Source: Patescibacteria group bacterium
GTDB lineage: Bacteria > Patescibacteriota > Minisyncoccia > Moranbacterales > UBA9337
Reading direction: 5' to 3'
Assembly (NCBI GenBank): GCA_042569905.1
Contig: JBHPHA010000005.1
Location: forward strand, 1-53,654
Length of the DNA stretch: 53,654 nucleotides
Both the position numbers and the translations under genes were made by a program. Every line of letters begins with the position of its first letter. Within the stretch, counting starts at the first letter, position 1. Under the pieces are notes generated by a model. That model saw only the letters and a list, made by a program, of their open reading frames with translations. It searched no databases and had not been told where the DNA came from. Below, piece by piece: positions 27,443-39,101 of this stretch.

Positions 27443-27556
27443 CAAACTAAGTTTTATAAATTAATTCCACACTACTATTATACATATTTTTATATTTTTG
27501 TCAAAAAAAAACCCGCGTAAGAATACGGGTTTTCTATTCACACTTACTCTAAAGGC

Positions 27557-30500
27557 TTAATTTCCACCTGTGCTTTCAACAATCCACCAATCAAACTCGA
27601 TATTATCAGCAGTAATCTCAGTAACTCCAATATCGAATCCCTCTTCAATTTTCACATTATCTGAGAACAAGGTGAGACTAGTAGCACTCCTTGGTGTCAC
27701 AAATATCCTACTATCATCACTAATTGCCTTAGTTTCAATAAAAATAGTCTTTCCATCATTCACGATTCCCTCTTCTGTGTTGTCGTCAATCCAATTACCA
27801 TCCTCATCCACTGGCATTGACTCACTTGTCAGGTCATCATTTCCATCTTCATCCGCGTCTTTTGGAATTGCATTTCCAGAACAATCATCTAGGTCATCCT
27901 CATCCTCATCTACTGGAATCACTGAACAGATTGTTGCTCTACCGATTGTTGGAGCTTCATCATCATCTATTGTAATGACGAAACCTTTTCCTTCTACTAT
28001 CTCTGCTTTCAGGTTTCCTTCTAACGTTACATTCCCATCTCCATCTTTAGTGATGAAATTATCTGTGTTAATTGCTAGCATAAAGTCCAGAATTGCCTCA
28101 TCTTGAGTTTTAAGCTCTTCAATTTCTTGAATTTGTCCTTGGAGCTGTGTTTCTAGTGCCAGTTGATTACTTATTTGAGTTTGAATTAGGTTTAAATTTT
28201 CTGTGATTCTTGTTTCAATTTCAATGATTGTCATGTTTTGTGTAGCCAACTGATCACTCACTGTTAGTAAGTCAGTATTTTGCTGATCATCTGAAAGCTT
28301 GATGTCATTTATTGACAATCCCACTAATGCTAATTGTTCGTCAATTGAAGTCTGAAGCTCTGTCAAAGTTGAGGCGTTCTGGTCTGTTTTGAGACTAACA
28401 TCACCAATCACAGTTTTATTTTCGCCTGTCTTTTCTAATAACCCCTTAACTCCAAACAGAGCCACACCTGCCATATCTGTTGCCTTAACATTTGTATCTG
28501 ACGCTCCGAGTCCAAATAATTTATAGAAATCCTGAGCAGTTGGTCCAATATGTCTAATCTCTTCATCGCTCATCTTATTGTAGTCTCCCTCATTGATGAA
28601 ATTCCATTGCATAATTGGAAGAATTGACATTCTATTGAAAAACTCACTTGTATCCAAATTCACATCTGATCCGTCCGCATATTCAATCGCATCAATAGTA
28701 GAGCCATTTCCATTCCATGTTCCTAATCCCACAGGATTCACAGTAACATCGCTAAGTTTAGTAAAGTTTTCCTTCTTATTTCTATCAGACACATCTGTCC
28801 AACCAGAAGTTGTTCCATAAGTATCTGAATCCAATTCAATTAAGTGAGTTGGGGCTGTTGCAGCAGCACCAATACCAAAAGATCCATCCGCAATAAACCT
28901 TGCCCTTTCAGTGGATCCACTTCCTGTGTAAAAAGCAATTTCTCCTGAATCATTACTATTTAATATCTGAACATTACCGGTTGAAGCCCTATTACTAAAC
29001 TGAGCATTATTTAACGTAGTATATGAAACCAATGCTCTAGCTATACCAGTAGAGTCGTTAATTTTATAACCTTGAGCGTTATCTAAAAGCACACTTCCTG
29101 AGTCAATAACCAGTTTTTCATTTGGATTTGTTATTCCAATCCCAGCATATCCTCGTTCGCTAATAACAAAATCAACATTATCACTCGAATCCCTGACAAT
29201 GAATTGAGCTGGTAATTTATCTGGAGATGTATCATTTGCATTATCTGAAAACGCCGCACCTACTGTCAAACTTGTGTCACTTGCAATTGCCATCACCGTT
29301 CTTGTTTGCCCCGTTACTGTAATTCTATCTCCCACGATCAATTCATCTGTAAATATCGTCCCCACACCCGTTACTGTTGTGCTTGCAACAGGATCAATTG
29401 TTCCTGTCAAGACTGTAGTAGTCGCTGCAGTTGTTCTTGTTGTTCCTGCAACATCCAGCATTGTCTCTGGAGAAATCGTTCCAAGACCGATTCCATTATT
29501 CCTGATTCCTCCCGCTCCATCTGATTCAGCATAAACAGTTAGAATGCTACTTCCATCAATCATTGCGCTGTAACTTTCCACCGTACCAATAGATGCAGAT
29601 GATGTCACTGGCATATCTACCCATGAGACCGCTCCACTATTTGCAGCAAATTCCATTGCTCCAAGATATGCGCTTCCTGCTACCTCAAGATCCCCTGAAA
29701 CCATCACGCTGTCACTCGCTGCTGCAAGCGTTGATGATGTTGAACCAATGTGCAGCGCTACTTCTGGAGTTGCGTTTCCAATTCCTAGGTAATCACTCGT
29801 ATCATCCCAAAACAAATTAGAATTATCTTGAGAATAAACCCCACTAGCTCCAGCAAAAACTAACGAACCGGTTGTAAATTGTGTTGCTGTTCCGGTTCCT
29901 CCATTAGCTGCAGGAAGAGTTCCTGAGACATGAGTTGAAAGTCCAATCTTTCCCCAACTTGGTGAAACCCCTACTCCTCCAGAGATTAGTGAGTTTCCTG
30001 TAGCTACTCCTGCTAGTTTTGATAGGGTCGTTGTTCCTGATGCGTAAATCAAGTCTCCTACTGTGTAAGACGCTAGCCCTGTTCCTCCTGTTGCGACTCC
30101 TAGAGTTGCTGAAACAGACCATGTTCCACTTGAAATGGTTGGTACTCCAGTTGAACTTGATGTGTCAATTCCTGTTCCTCCATAGGTTGCTCCGATTGCA
30201 GTTCCATTCCAAGTTACGCCTGAGATTGTTGAGTCTAGATTAATTGTTGCTGTATCAGTAGCTGATACAGCTGAGGTTAAGTTAGTTCCACCTGCAATTG
30301 TTAACGTATTCCCATTTTGCACTGTCTCACTTCCTGAATCTCCTGCCAATGTAAAAGATCCTCCTGCTCCTTGTCCTGAATAGAAAGTAGTCTGACCTGA
30401 TCCATCCCCAATAACCAATCTATTATCATCACTATCCCACTCAATCACAGCCTCTGTAGTTGGTGTCGGAGTTGCTGAATTAACTAAAGTTATTGCTGAA

Positions 30501-32815
30501 GTTCCAATTGTACCACTAGCTATTGTTAGATTATTTGCGACCAGTGAATCAGGAAGTGTTGCTGAAACAGACCATGTTCCACTTGAAATGGTCGGAACCC
30601 CTGTTGATGAGCTTGTGTCTATTCCTGTTCCTCCATTAGCTGCAGGAAGAGTTCCTGAAACATGAGTTGTGAGTCCAATCTTTCCCCAGCCTGGAGCTAC
30701 TCCTACTCCTCCAGAGATTAGTGAGTTTCCTGTTGCTACTCCTGCAAGTTTTGATAGGGTCGTTGTTCCTGATGCGTAAATCAAGTCTCCTACTGTGTAA
30801 GACGCTAGCCCTGTTCCTCCTGTTGCGACTCCTAGAGTTGATGAAACAGACCATGTTCCACTTGAAATGGTTGGTACTCCAGTTGAACTTGATGTGTCAA
30901 TTCCCGTTCCTCCATAAGTTGCTCCGATTGCAGTTCCATTCCAAGTTACGCCTGAGATTGTTGAGTCTAGATTAATTGTTGCTGTATCAGTAGCTGATAC
31001 AGCTGAGGTTAAGTTAGTTCCACCTGCAATTGTTAACGTATTCCCATTTTGCACTGTCTCACTTCCTGAATCTCCTGCCAATGTAAAAGATCCTCCTGCT
31101 CCTTGTCCTGAATAGAAAGTAGTCTGACCTGATCCATCCCCAATAACCAATCTATTATCATCACTATCCCACTCAATCACAGCCTCTGTAGTTGGTGTCG
31201 GAGTTGCTGAATTAACTAAAGTTATTGCTGAAGTTCCAATTGTACCACTAGCTATTGTTAGATTATTTGCAACCAGTGAATCAGGAAGTGTTGCTGAAAC
31301 AGACCATGTTCCACTTGAAATGGTCGGAACCCCTGTTGATGAGCTTGTGTCTATTCCTGTTCCTCCATTAGCTGCAGGAAGAGTTCCTGAAACATGAGTT
31401 GTGAGTCCAATCTTTCCCCAGCTTGGAGCTACTCCTACTCCTCCAGAGATTAGTGAGTTTCCTGTTGCTACTCCTGCAAGTTTTGATAGGGTCGTTGTTC
31501 CTGATGCGTAAATCAAGTCTCCAGTTGTGTAACTAGCCAGTCCTGTTCCACCATAAGCAACTCCAATAATTGAACCATTCCAAGTCGTTCCTGAGATTGT
31601 TGAACCTAGATTAATTGTAATTGTGTCAGTTGCACTAGCTACTGTTGAGATGTTTGCTCCTCCTGCAATTTCCAGAGTGTTTCCATCTTCAATAGCTTGA
31701 TCTGTTCCAGAGTCTCCTGAAAGAGTGAAGTCGTTGAAAGTCCCTCCTGATGATACTGTTTCCCAAGATAGTGTTGGCACTCCTGCATTCCAATTGAATC
31801 TTAGATATTGCGCGTCATCTCCAGCCACACCATCTAGTGATGCCAGAGCGGTTGAGCTTGATGCATATGGAACTGAGCCTGGCACTAAAGTAAGTGCATT
31901 TAGATAACCTAATTCAGTCAGACTTGAACCTCCAAATGTTTGAGTTGAATTAAAAGTAATATTTCCAGTCATTGTTCCCCCTGTAGTGTCCAGATAGTTT
32001 CCTGTAGCGCTACCAATGTCACTGTAAGTTATTCCGTCGTTTGAGTACTGCCAAGTTGAACTTGCTCCGTTGTATCTCAAAGCTGGTTTTGCTGAACTGT
32101 TTGAAACAGTTAGATCAAAGTTATTTGAAACAGCTTTGTTTCTTCCTAGATTGAAAGTTAGAGATTTTGTTCCTGTGTCTGTGTTTTGATCATGCAGTCT
32201 GTCGTCGTCTCCTTGAACGTAGTCGCTATCTCCTGTTCCTGTTGGAATGAATTCTTCATCAATTTCTCCGTCTTCATTTAGAACAATGAGCTTATCTTCT
32301 TTTGATCCAATTGGCAAAAGGTCTGAGCTAATCTCTCCATCTTCATTCAGGATTGGAATATTATCTTCCCCTGTTCCCACAATATAACCTTGAAGTTTAT
32401 CTGAGTTTAGAGCCAAAGGAACATATCCAATTGGTTTTCTTGGTTTTGATTCTGAATCATTCTCAATTTTAATTCCTATGTAGTATTCTTTTTCTGAGAA
32501 ATCTATGTCTTCTGGAAGATTTTTATCTTGCCCTAATTGAGTATCAAAGAGCCCACCCTTAACTTCTACGTCTTGGGTTTCTGACCATTCACTGCTTCCT
32601 CCTGTTTTTGATGTGTATATTGCAAATCTTACTGAGTATGTTCCATCACTTACCGCTTCATTATTTTTATCGAGGATATATGCTGAAATATCTAGCGCTT
32701 TGTCTATTTGAGCTAGTGCTACTTGAGTAAGTAAAAACAGCCCACTCACCAAGAGTAGTATTATAGATAAAAGAAGGGTTTTTATCGATTTATTTTTGTT
32801 TCTATGATTGAACAT
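27557..32815 (-). CDS. large secreted/surface fibre-like protein with an intramolecular chaperone (peptidase S74-like) domain
   Basis: Signal peptide; G/S/T-rich GGTG repeats; GIG..P..L repeats; SDRNKKENF..IMQWNF..HIGPTAQDF chaperone motif; coiled coil; acidic C-terminus. Confidence 0.85.
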   Translation of the reverse strand: MFNHRNKNKSIKTLLLSIILLLVSGLFLLTQVALAQIDKALDISAYILDKNNEAVSDGTYSVRFAIYTSKTGGSSEWSETQDVEVKGGLFDTQLGQDKNLPEDIDFSEKEYYIGIKIENDSESKPRKPIGYVPLALNSDKLQGYIVGTGEDNIPILNEDGEISSDLLPIGSKEDKLIVLNEDGEIDEEFIPTGTGDSDYVQGDDDRLHDQNTDTGTKSLTFNLGRNKAVSNNFDLTVSNSSAKPALRYNGASSTWQYSNDGITYSDIGSATGNYLDTTGGTMTGNITFNSTQTFGGSSLTELGYLNALTLVPGSVPYASSSTALASLDGVAGDDAQYLRFNWNAGVPTLSWETVSSGGTFNDFTLSGDSGTDQAIEDGNTLEIAGGANISTVASATDTITINLGSTISGTTWNGSIIGVAYGGTGLASYTTGDLIYASGTTTLSKLAGVATGNSLISGGVGVAPSWGKIGLTTHVSGTLPAANGGTGIDTSSSTGVPTISSGTWSVSATLPDSLVANNLTIASGTIGTSAITLVNSATPTPTTEAVIEWDSDDNRLVIGDGSGQTTFYSGQGAGGSFTLAGDSGSETVQNGNTLTIAGGTNLTSAVSATDTATINLDSTISGVTWNGTAIGATYGGTGIDTSSSTGVPTISSGTWSVSSTLGVATGGTGLASYTVGDLIYASGTTTLSKLAGVATGNSLISGGVGVAPGWGKIGLTTHVSGTLPAANGGTGIDTSSSTGVPTISSGTWSVSATLPDSLVANNLTIASGTIGTSAITLVNSATPTPTTEAVIEWDSDDNRLVIGDGSGQTTFYSGQGAGGSFTLAGDSGSETVQNGNTLTIAGGTNLTSAVSATDTATINLDSTISGVTWNGTAIGATYGGTGIDTSSSTGVPTISSGTWSVSATLGVATGGTGLASYTVGDLIYASGTTTLSKLAGVATGNSLISGGVGVSPSWGKIGLSTHVSGTLPAANGGTGTATQFTTGSLVFAGASGVYSQDNSNLFWDDTSDYLGIGNATPEVALHIGSTSSTLAAASDSVMVSGDLEVAGSAYLGAMEFAANSGAVSWVDMPVTSSASIGTVESYSAMIDGSSILTVYAESDGAGGIRNNGIGLGTISPETMLDVAGTTRTTAATTTVLTGTIDPVASTTVTGVGTIFTDELIVGDRITVTGQTRTVMAIASDTSLTVGAAFSDNANDTSPDKLPAQFIVRDSSDNVDFVISERGYAGIGITNPNEKLVIDSGSVLLDNAQGYKINDSTGIARALVSYTTLNNAQFSNRASTGNVQILNSNDSGEIAFYTGSGSTERARFIADGSFGIGAAATAPTHLIELDSDTYGTTSGWTDVSDRNKKENFTKLSDVTVNPVGLGTWNGNGSTIDAIEYADGSDVNLDTSEFFNRMSILPIMQWNFINEGDYNKMSDEEIRHIGPTAQDFYKLFGLGASDTNVKATDMAGVALFGVKGLLEKTGENKTVIGDVSLKTDQNASTLTELQTSIDEQLALVGLSINDIKLSDDQQNTDLLTVSDQLATQNMTIIEIETRITENLNLIQTQISNQLALETQLQGQIQEIEELKTQDEAILDFMLAINTDNFITKDGDGNVTLEGNLKAEIVEGKGFVITIDDDEAPTIGRATICSVIPVDEDEDDLDDCSGNAIPKDADEDGNDDLTSESMPVDEDGNWIDDNTEEGIVNDGKTIFIETKAISDDSRIFVTPRSATSLTLFSDNVKIEEGFDIGVTEITADNIEFDWWIVESTGGN
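29895..31522. repeat. intragenic 732-bp tandem repeat (~2.2 copies)
   Basis: Identical blocks recur at 732-bp offsets (AAGTCTCC ends at 30058, 30790 and 31522), giving a 244-aa protein repeat. Confidence 0.95.
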
Positions 32816-32967
32816 TTAGCTGTTTTTCAGACCTTCATTTTATTGCATTTTTTATGATTTTTATCACAAAGAAACACCCTATTATTATATACTAAAAAGT
32901 GGAATACTCCAAATAAAAAAATGATGCGCTTTGCATCATTTTTTAGTTAGAAATCACAGACCAAGAT

Positions 32968-33411
32968 TTATTTCATTCTTCTTGAGGAATATTTTCTAGC
33001 AATCTTAGACCAAACCAATCCCTTTTCAATTTCAGACACCACTCTTGCGTATTCATTTTCATCTAAAGAGATCCTTTTACTCTTTATATCCTCGGCTCTT
33101 TTTTTAGCTTTTTCAATTTCCTCAATATCAAGATCTTCAGTTCTTTCTGCAGCATCAGCTAAAATCACCAATTGATTCTTATGAAACTCCACAAAACCAC
33201 CCGCCACAGCTATACTGATTACTTCTGAATCCCCCTTCTCTTTTTTAATCACAATCTCACCAGGCTTCAATGAAGCAATATATGATCTATGATCAGGAAG
33301 AATTGTCACATCTCCATCAGAAACTGGAAGAGTCGATTGATAAACAACATCTTTATATACAGTTTTTTCTGGCGTAACTATTTTAAATTTTATTGATTTG
33401 TTATCTTTCAT
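32968..33411 (-). CDS. atpC: ATP synthase F1 epsilon
   Basis: IVTPE, ILPDH, GGFVEF, ILADAAE; last gene of the atp operon. Confidence 0.95.
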   Translation of the reverse strand: MKDNKSIKFKIVTPEKTVYKDVVYQSTLPVSDGDVTILPDHRSYIASLKPGEIVIKKEKGDSEVISIAVAGGFVEFHKNQLVILADAAERTEDLDIEEIEKAKKRAEDIKSKRISLDENEYARVVSEIEKGLVWSKIARKYSSRRMK

Positions 33412-33433
33412 TTGAAGTAAATTTCTTTACAAT

Positions 33434-34861
<1,428 letters not shown>

Positions 34862-34896
34862 CTAGTATCTTAAAATTATTTTTTACAATATACACT

Positions 34897-34954
34897 TGCC
34901 ACTCTGAGCTTGCCTTAGAATCCTCTCAAATTCCAAATCAAGCTCAGAATGACA
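34897..34954. repeat. short REP doublet (58 bp)
   Basis: TGCCACTCTGAGCTTG..CAAGCTCAGAATGACA; homologous to 38917-38974. Confidence 0.65.
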
Positions 34955-34994
34955 CTTCGTTATTCATTCCTAATTATTAATTTTGATCAATAAC

Positions 34995-35951
34995 CTACTC
35001 AAGTGCTGCCCTACCTGCTGAAATTTCTGCGATTTCTTGAGTAATCTTTGATTGCCTAATTTGATTATATACAAACGTCAAATCATCTGCCATTTCACCA
35101 GCTGCTTCAGTTGCATTTCTCATAGCTATCATACGGGCTGATTCCTTTGAAGCATTCGACTCAACAATTGCATGAAAAATCTGCATCTCCAAAAGTCTTG
35201 GTAAAATGTTATCCAAAACTTCACTTGGATTAGGCTCTACTTTGTATTCAAACTTAGGCTCCTTTACTCCATCATCCTTTGCAACACCATCCATATCAGA
35301 AATTTGCTTCTCCAGATCAGTCCTTGAAATTGGAAGGAGTTGACGAATTTTTGTTTTCTGAGAAATTGTCGAGATATAATCAGTATAAGCGATTACAACC
35401 TTATCATAATTACCCGCGAGATATTCATCGGTTACCAACTTTGCAAGAGGACGAACATCTTCACTTTTTGGGAGATATGTCAGATCAGCAAAAGAAGCAA
35501 TTATTTCTTTTTTTAACTTCCTAACTATTTCATCTCCCTTTCTACCAACAGTTACAAAATCGATTTTTAAATCTGCATTTGAAACAGTAGAATCAATCCT
35601 CTTATCTCCAACCTTATTAACCTTAAGATTTTCTGGATTTTCAATTTCAGCCTTAATCTTCCTCAATGTTTGTGAGTTATAAGAACCACACAAACCCCTA
35701 TTTGAAGCAATCACAACCATTAAAACACCTTTTACCTCCCTGGTTTCTAAAAGCTTATGATCATGCCTATCGAAAGTTCTTGAAAGATTAGCTAAAATAC
35801 TCCAAGCACTATGAGCGTACTCGCGTACCTTAATTACGCTCTCAACAGACTTTCTCATCTTAGCTGCTGAAACCATTTCCATAGCCCTGGTAATCTTACC
35901 AGTATTCTTAATGGAACCTATTCTTCTTCTTATTTCTTTTGTTGAACTCAT
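34995..35951 (-). CDS. atpG: ATP synthase F1 gamma
   Basis: KITRAMEMVSAAK, RGLCGSYN, RQSKITQEIAEI. Confidence 0.98.
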   Translation of the reverse strand: MSSTKEIRRRIGSIKNTGKITRAMEMVSAAKMRKSVESVIKVREYAHSAWSILANLSRTFDRHDHKLLETREVKGVLMVVIASNRGLCGSYNSQTLRKIKAEIENPENLKVNKVGDKRIDSTVSNADLKIDFVTVGRKGDEIVRKLKKEIIASFADLTYLPKSEDVRPLAKLVTDEYLAGNYDKVVIAYTDYISTISQKTKIRQLLPISRTDLEKQISDMDGVAKDDGVKEPKFEYKVEPNPSEVLDNILPRLLEMQIFHAIVESNASKESARMIAMRNATEAAGEMADDLTFVYNQIRQSKITQEIAEISAGRAALE

Positions 35952-35979
35952 CTAATATTGAAATTAACAATAATTTAAA

Positions 35980-37494
35980 TTATTTAGCATTAGCTCCGTC
36001 CTGATACACATCCTTAAATTCCACAATTGCCTTCTCAAGTTTCTCGACAATCTCATCAGTCAATTCCTGCTTCGCCTCAATAGCATCAAGAACTTCTTTT
36101 TGTGAAGACTTCATGTATTTGTGGAAATTTCTCTCCCAATCAGAAACATTCTCAATTGCAACATCATCCATAAATCCTTGAGTAAGAGCATACAAAATAG
36201 TAACTTGATTTTCCATCAACATTGGGTCGTATTGACCTTGCTTCAAGATTTCAATTGTTCTTTGACCTCTTTCGATTTGTTTTCTTGTTTTTTCATCCAA
36301 GTCAGAACCAAATTGAGCAAATGCTTCAAGTTCTCTGAATTGAGCTAAGTCCAATCTCAATTTACCAGAAACTTTCTTCATAGCTTTCGCTTGAGCAGCT
36401 GAACCTACACGAGAAACAGAAAGACCAACACTTACCGCAGGACGAATACCCTTATTAAACAAGTCTGACTCAAGGTATATTTGCCCATCAGTAATAGAAA
36501 TAACATTTGTTGGAATATATGCGCTAACATCTCCCGCCTGAGTTTCAATAATTGGAAGTGCTGTAATAGAACCTCCTCCAAATTCCTCATTAAGCTTAGC
36601 ACTTCTTTCAAGAAGCCTTGAATGAAGATAAAAGATATCACCAGGATAAGCCTCACGCCCAGGAGGTCTTTTTAGAATCAATGAAGTTTGACGATATGCC
36701 CAAGCATGCTTACTTAAATCATCATAAACAACCATCACATCTTTTCCTTGGTCCATAAAGTATTCAGCAATAGCACATCCTGAATATGGAGAAATAAATG
36801 AAAACGCTGCAGGATCAGATGCTCCAGCAAGCACAACAATTGTATGATCCATTGCGCCAGCCTTTTCAAGCTCATTAACAATTCTTGCTATTTTTGACTC
36901 CTTTTGACCGATAGCAACATAAATACAGATCATATCTTGACCCTTTTGATTAATAATCGCATCAATTGCAATCGCAGTCTTTCCTGTTTGTCTATCTCCA
37001 ATAATAAGCTCTCTTTGACCTCTTCCTACTGGAATCATCGCATCGATAGCCTTAATACCAGTTTGAACAGGTTGATGAACTGATTTCCTATCAATCACAC
37101 CAGGAGCAGTTCTTTCAATTGGATAGAATTCATCTGTTTTAATTTCTTCTTTTCCATCAATCACTTCACCTAAAGGATTAATTACTCTACCAATCATCTT
37201 GTCAGAAACTGGGATAGAAAGAATTTTTCCAGTTGATTTCACTTCGTCCCCCTCTTTGATTCCTCTATAGCTACCCAAAATCATTGCACCAACCTGATCC
37301 TCCTCAAGATTAAGTGCTACACCATAAACTCCTCCAGGAAATTCAAGCATTTCACTAGCCATAGCATCACTAAGACCAGAAATTTTTGCAACTCCATCCC
37401 CAATTTCAATCACTTCTCCAACTTTTTCAGTCTGAGTTTCAGCCTCAAATTTATCAATTTTATTCTTTAGCTCTTCGATTATATGATTTTTCAT
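35980..37494 (-). CDS. atpA: ATP synthase F1 alpha
   Basis: [19 protein letters not shown]. Confidence 0.99.
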   Translation of the reverse strand: MKNHIIEELKNKIDKFEAETQTEKVGEVIEIGDGVAKISGLSDAMASEMLEFPGGVYGVALNLEEDQVGAMILGSYRGIKEGDEVKSTGKILSIPVSDKMIGRVINPLGEVIDGKEEIKTDEFYPIERTAPGVIDRKSVHQPVQTGIKAIDAMIPVGRGQRELIIGDRQTGKTAIAIDAIINQKGQDMICIYVAIGQKESKIARIVNELEKAGAMDHTIVVLAGASDPAAFSFISPYSGCAIAEYFMDQGKDVMVVYDDLSKHAWAYRQTSLILKRPPGREAYPGDIFYLHSRLLERSAKLNEEFGGGSITALPIIETQAGDVSAYIPTNVISITDGQIYLESDLFNKGIRPAVSVGLSVSRVGSAAQAKAMKKVSGKLRLDLAQFRELEAFAQFGSDLDEKTRKQIERGQRTIEILKQGQYDPMLMENQVTILYALTQGFMDDVAIENVSDWERNFHKYMKSSQKEVLDAIEAKQELTDEIVEKLEKAIVEFKDVYQDGANAK

Positions 37495-37554
37495 AATATT
37501 TTAAATTCAACTGATTTGTTAATTTATATTAAAAAATTCTAATTTATTAAATTC

Positions 37555-37956
37555 TTACCTCAACAAGCTCTTTCTTAGGTTCTCTACTTTACCACTCACA
37601 CTTCCATCAATCACATCATCTCCAGCCTTAATTATTAGTCCGCCAACAATGCTCTTTTCCACTTTATTATCCAGAATTATCTCACTGGCCTCATACTTAT
37701 TTTTCAAAAATTCAGAAATTTTGCTCATCTGATCACCTGACAATTCCCTAGCACTAACAGCTTCTGCCTCAATAATACCATTTTCTTTATTATATATGTC
37801 ATTAAAAGTTTCAATAATTTTTCTAGCCATTTTCATTTTTCGGCTATTCCTTAACTCTTGGGCAAATTTTAAAACAACAACATCAACCTCATCCTGATTC
37901 TTTCCTTTTATTAAGTCGTATAAAACTTGTGCGTATTGCTTTGCAGTTGTTTTCAT
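37555..37956 (-). CDS. atpH: ATP synthase delta (short form)
   Basis: AKQYAQ, SIVGGLIIKAGDDVIDGSV; operon position. Confidence 0.92.
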   Translation of the reverse strand: MKTTAKQYAQVLYDLIKGKNQDEVDVVVLKFAQELRNSRKMKMARKIIETFNDIYNKENGIIEAEAVSARELSGDQMSKISEFLKNKYEASEIILDNKVEKSIVGGLIIKAGDDVIDGSVSGKVENLRKSLLR

Positions 37957-37980
37957 TTTTTTTAATTATTTAAACTTTAA

Positions 37981-38472
37981 CTAGTTACTATTAATCACAG
38001 ACTCGATTATCTTCTTGTCGCTTTCTTCATTGATTTTTTCCTCAGTAATTTTTTGAGTAGCAGCATAAACCAATTCAATAACCTCTTTCTTAACCTCAGA
38101 CATCATCTGACTCTTTTCTTGCTCGATAATCTTTTTCGTCTTATCCAAAATACCCTGAGATTGATTCTTAGCCTCCTCCATAATATCTTCCTTATTTCTC
38201 TTAGCCATATCCTCTGCAGTTGAGATTATTTTTTGAGCCTCTTTTCTAGCATCAATTAAAACCTTTTTCTCTTTCCTTTCAATTTCAACCAACTTGTCTG
38301 TTGCACTTTCTGCATCCTTTATTCCTTTTTCAATTTTATCTTTTCTGTCATCCAGCATTTTCAAAATTGGATTGTATGCAAATTTATACAAAACAAACAA
38401 AAGCACTGCGAAGTTTATAAGTTGTGCAATAAGAATTTTCCAATTTAAGCCTAAAGCATTTATAAGTTCCAT
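37981..38472 (-). CDS. atpF: ATP synthase Fo subunit b
   Basis: AQLINF TM segment followed by a coiled coil. Confidence 0.95.
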   Translation of the reverse strand: MELINALGLNWKILIAQLINFAVLLFVLYKFAYNPILKMLDDRKDKIEKGIKDAESATDKLVEIERKEKKVLIDARKEAQKIISTAEDMAKRNKEDIMEEAKNQSQGILDKTKKIIEQEKSQMMSEVKKEVIELVYAATQKITEEKINEESDKKIIESVINSN

Positions 38473-38641
38473 TTTTTTAAATTTAGTAACTAGTAATCAG
38501 TAACTCGTAACTAGTACTTTAATAAATTACGTTAATTATATTATCTTCAAAATCACAAACACTATTTGCATTGTAATTCATATATCTGATTAAACTGCCA
38601 AGGTGTCTCACATCGCACGGACATGAGACATACTTCGCTTC

Positions 38642-38878
<237 letters not shown>

Positions 38879-38916
38879 CTATTTAATTAATTAATTTCTT
38901 AAAACTCACTTTTATC

Positions 38917-38974
38917 TGTCACCCTGAACTTGTTTCAGGATTCCTTTGAATCCCAGCTCAAGTTCAGAATGACA
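38917..38974. repeat. short REP doublet (58 bp)
   Basis: TGTCACCCTGAACTTGTTTCAGGATTC..CAAGTTCAGAATGACA. Confidence 0.7.
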
Positions 38975-39006
38975 ACTTTAATCCATTCTCAAATCTCGTT
39001 CGGTCA

Positions 39007-39083
39007 GGATCTTGGATATTACATTTTTCAAAGCACCGTACCAACTGGAACGAAAAGCGAGAAAAATGTATTACCCAAGATCC
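39007..39083. repeat. dispersed hairpin family B, copy 2
   Basis: GGATCTTGG..CCAAGATCC stem with loop CGTACCAACTGGAACGAA. Confidence 0.75.
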
Positions 39084-39101
39084 CAAGGTCTTAATTGAAA
39101 T

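Noticed and set aside
29895-31522. Diversity-generating retroelement TR/VR pair
   Set aside because: The repeats are in-frame tandem duplications with few differences that are not adenine-specific, and no reverse transcriptase is present.
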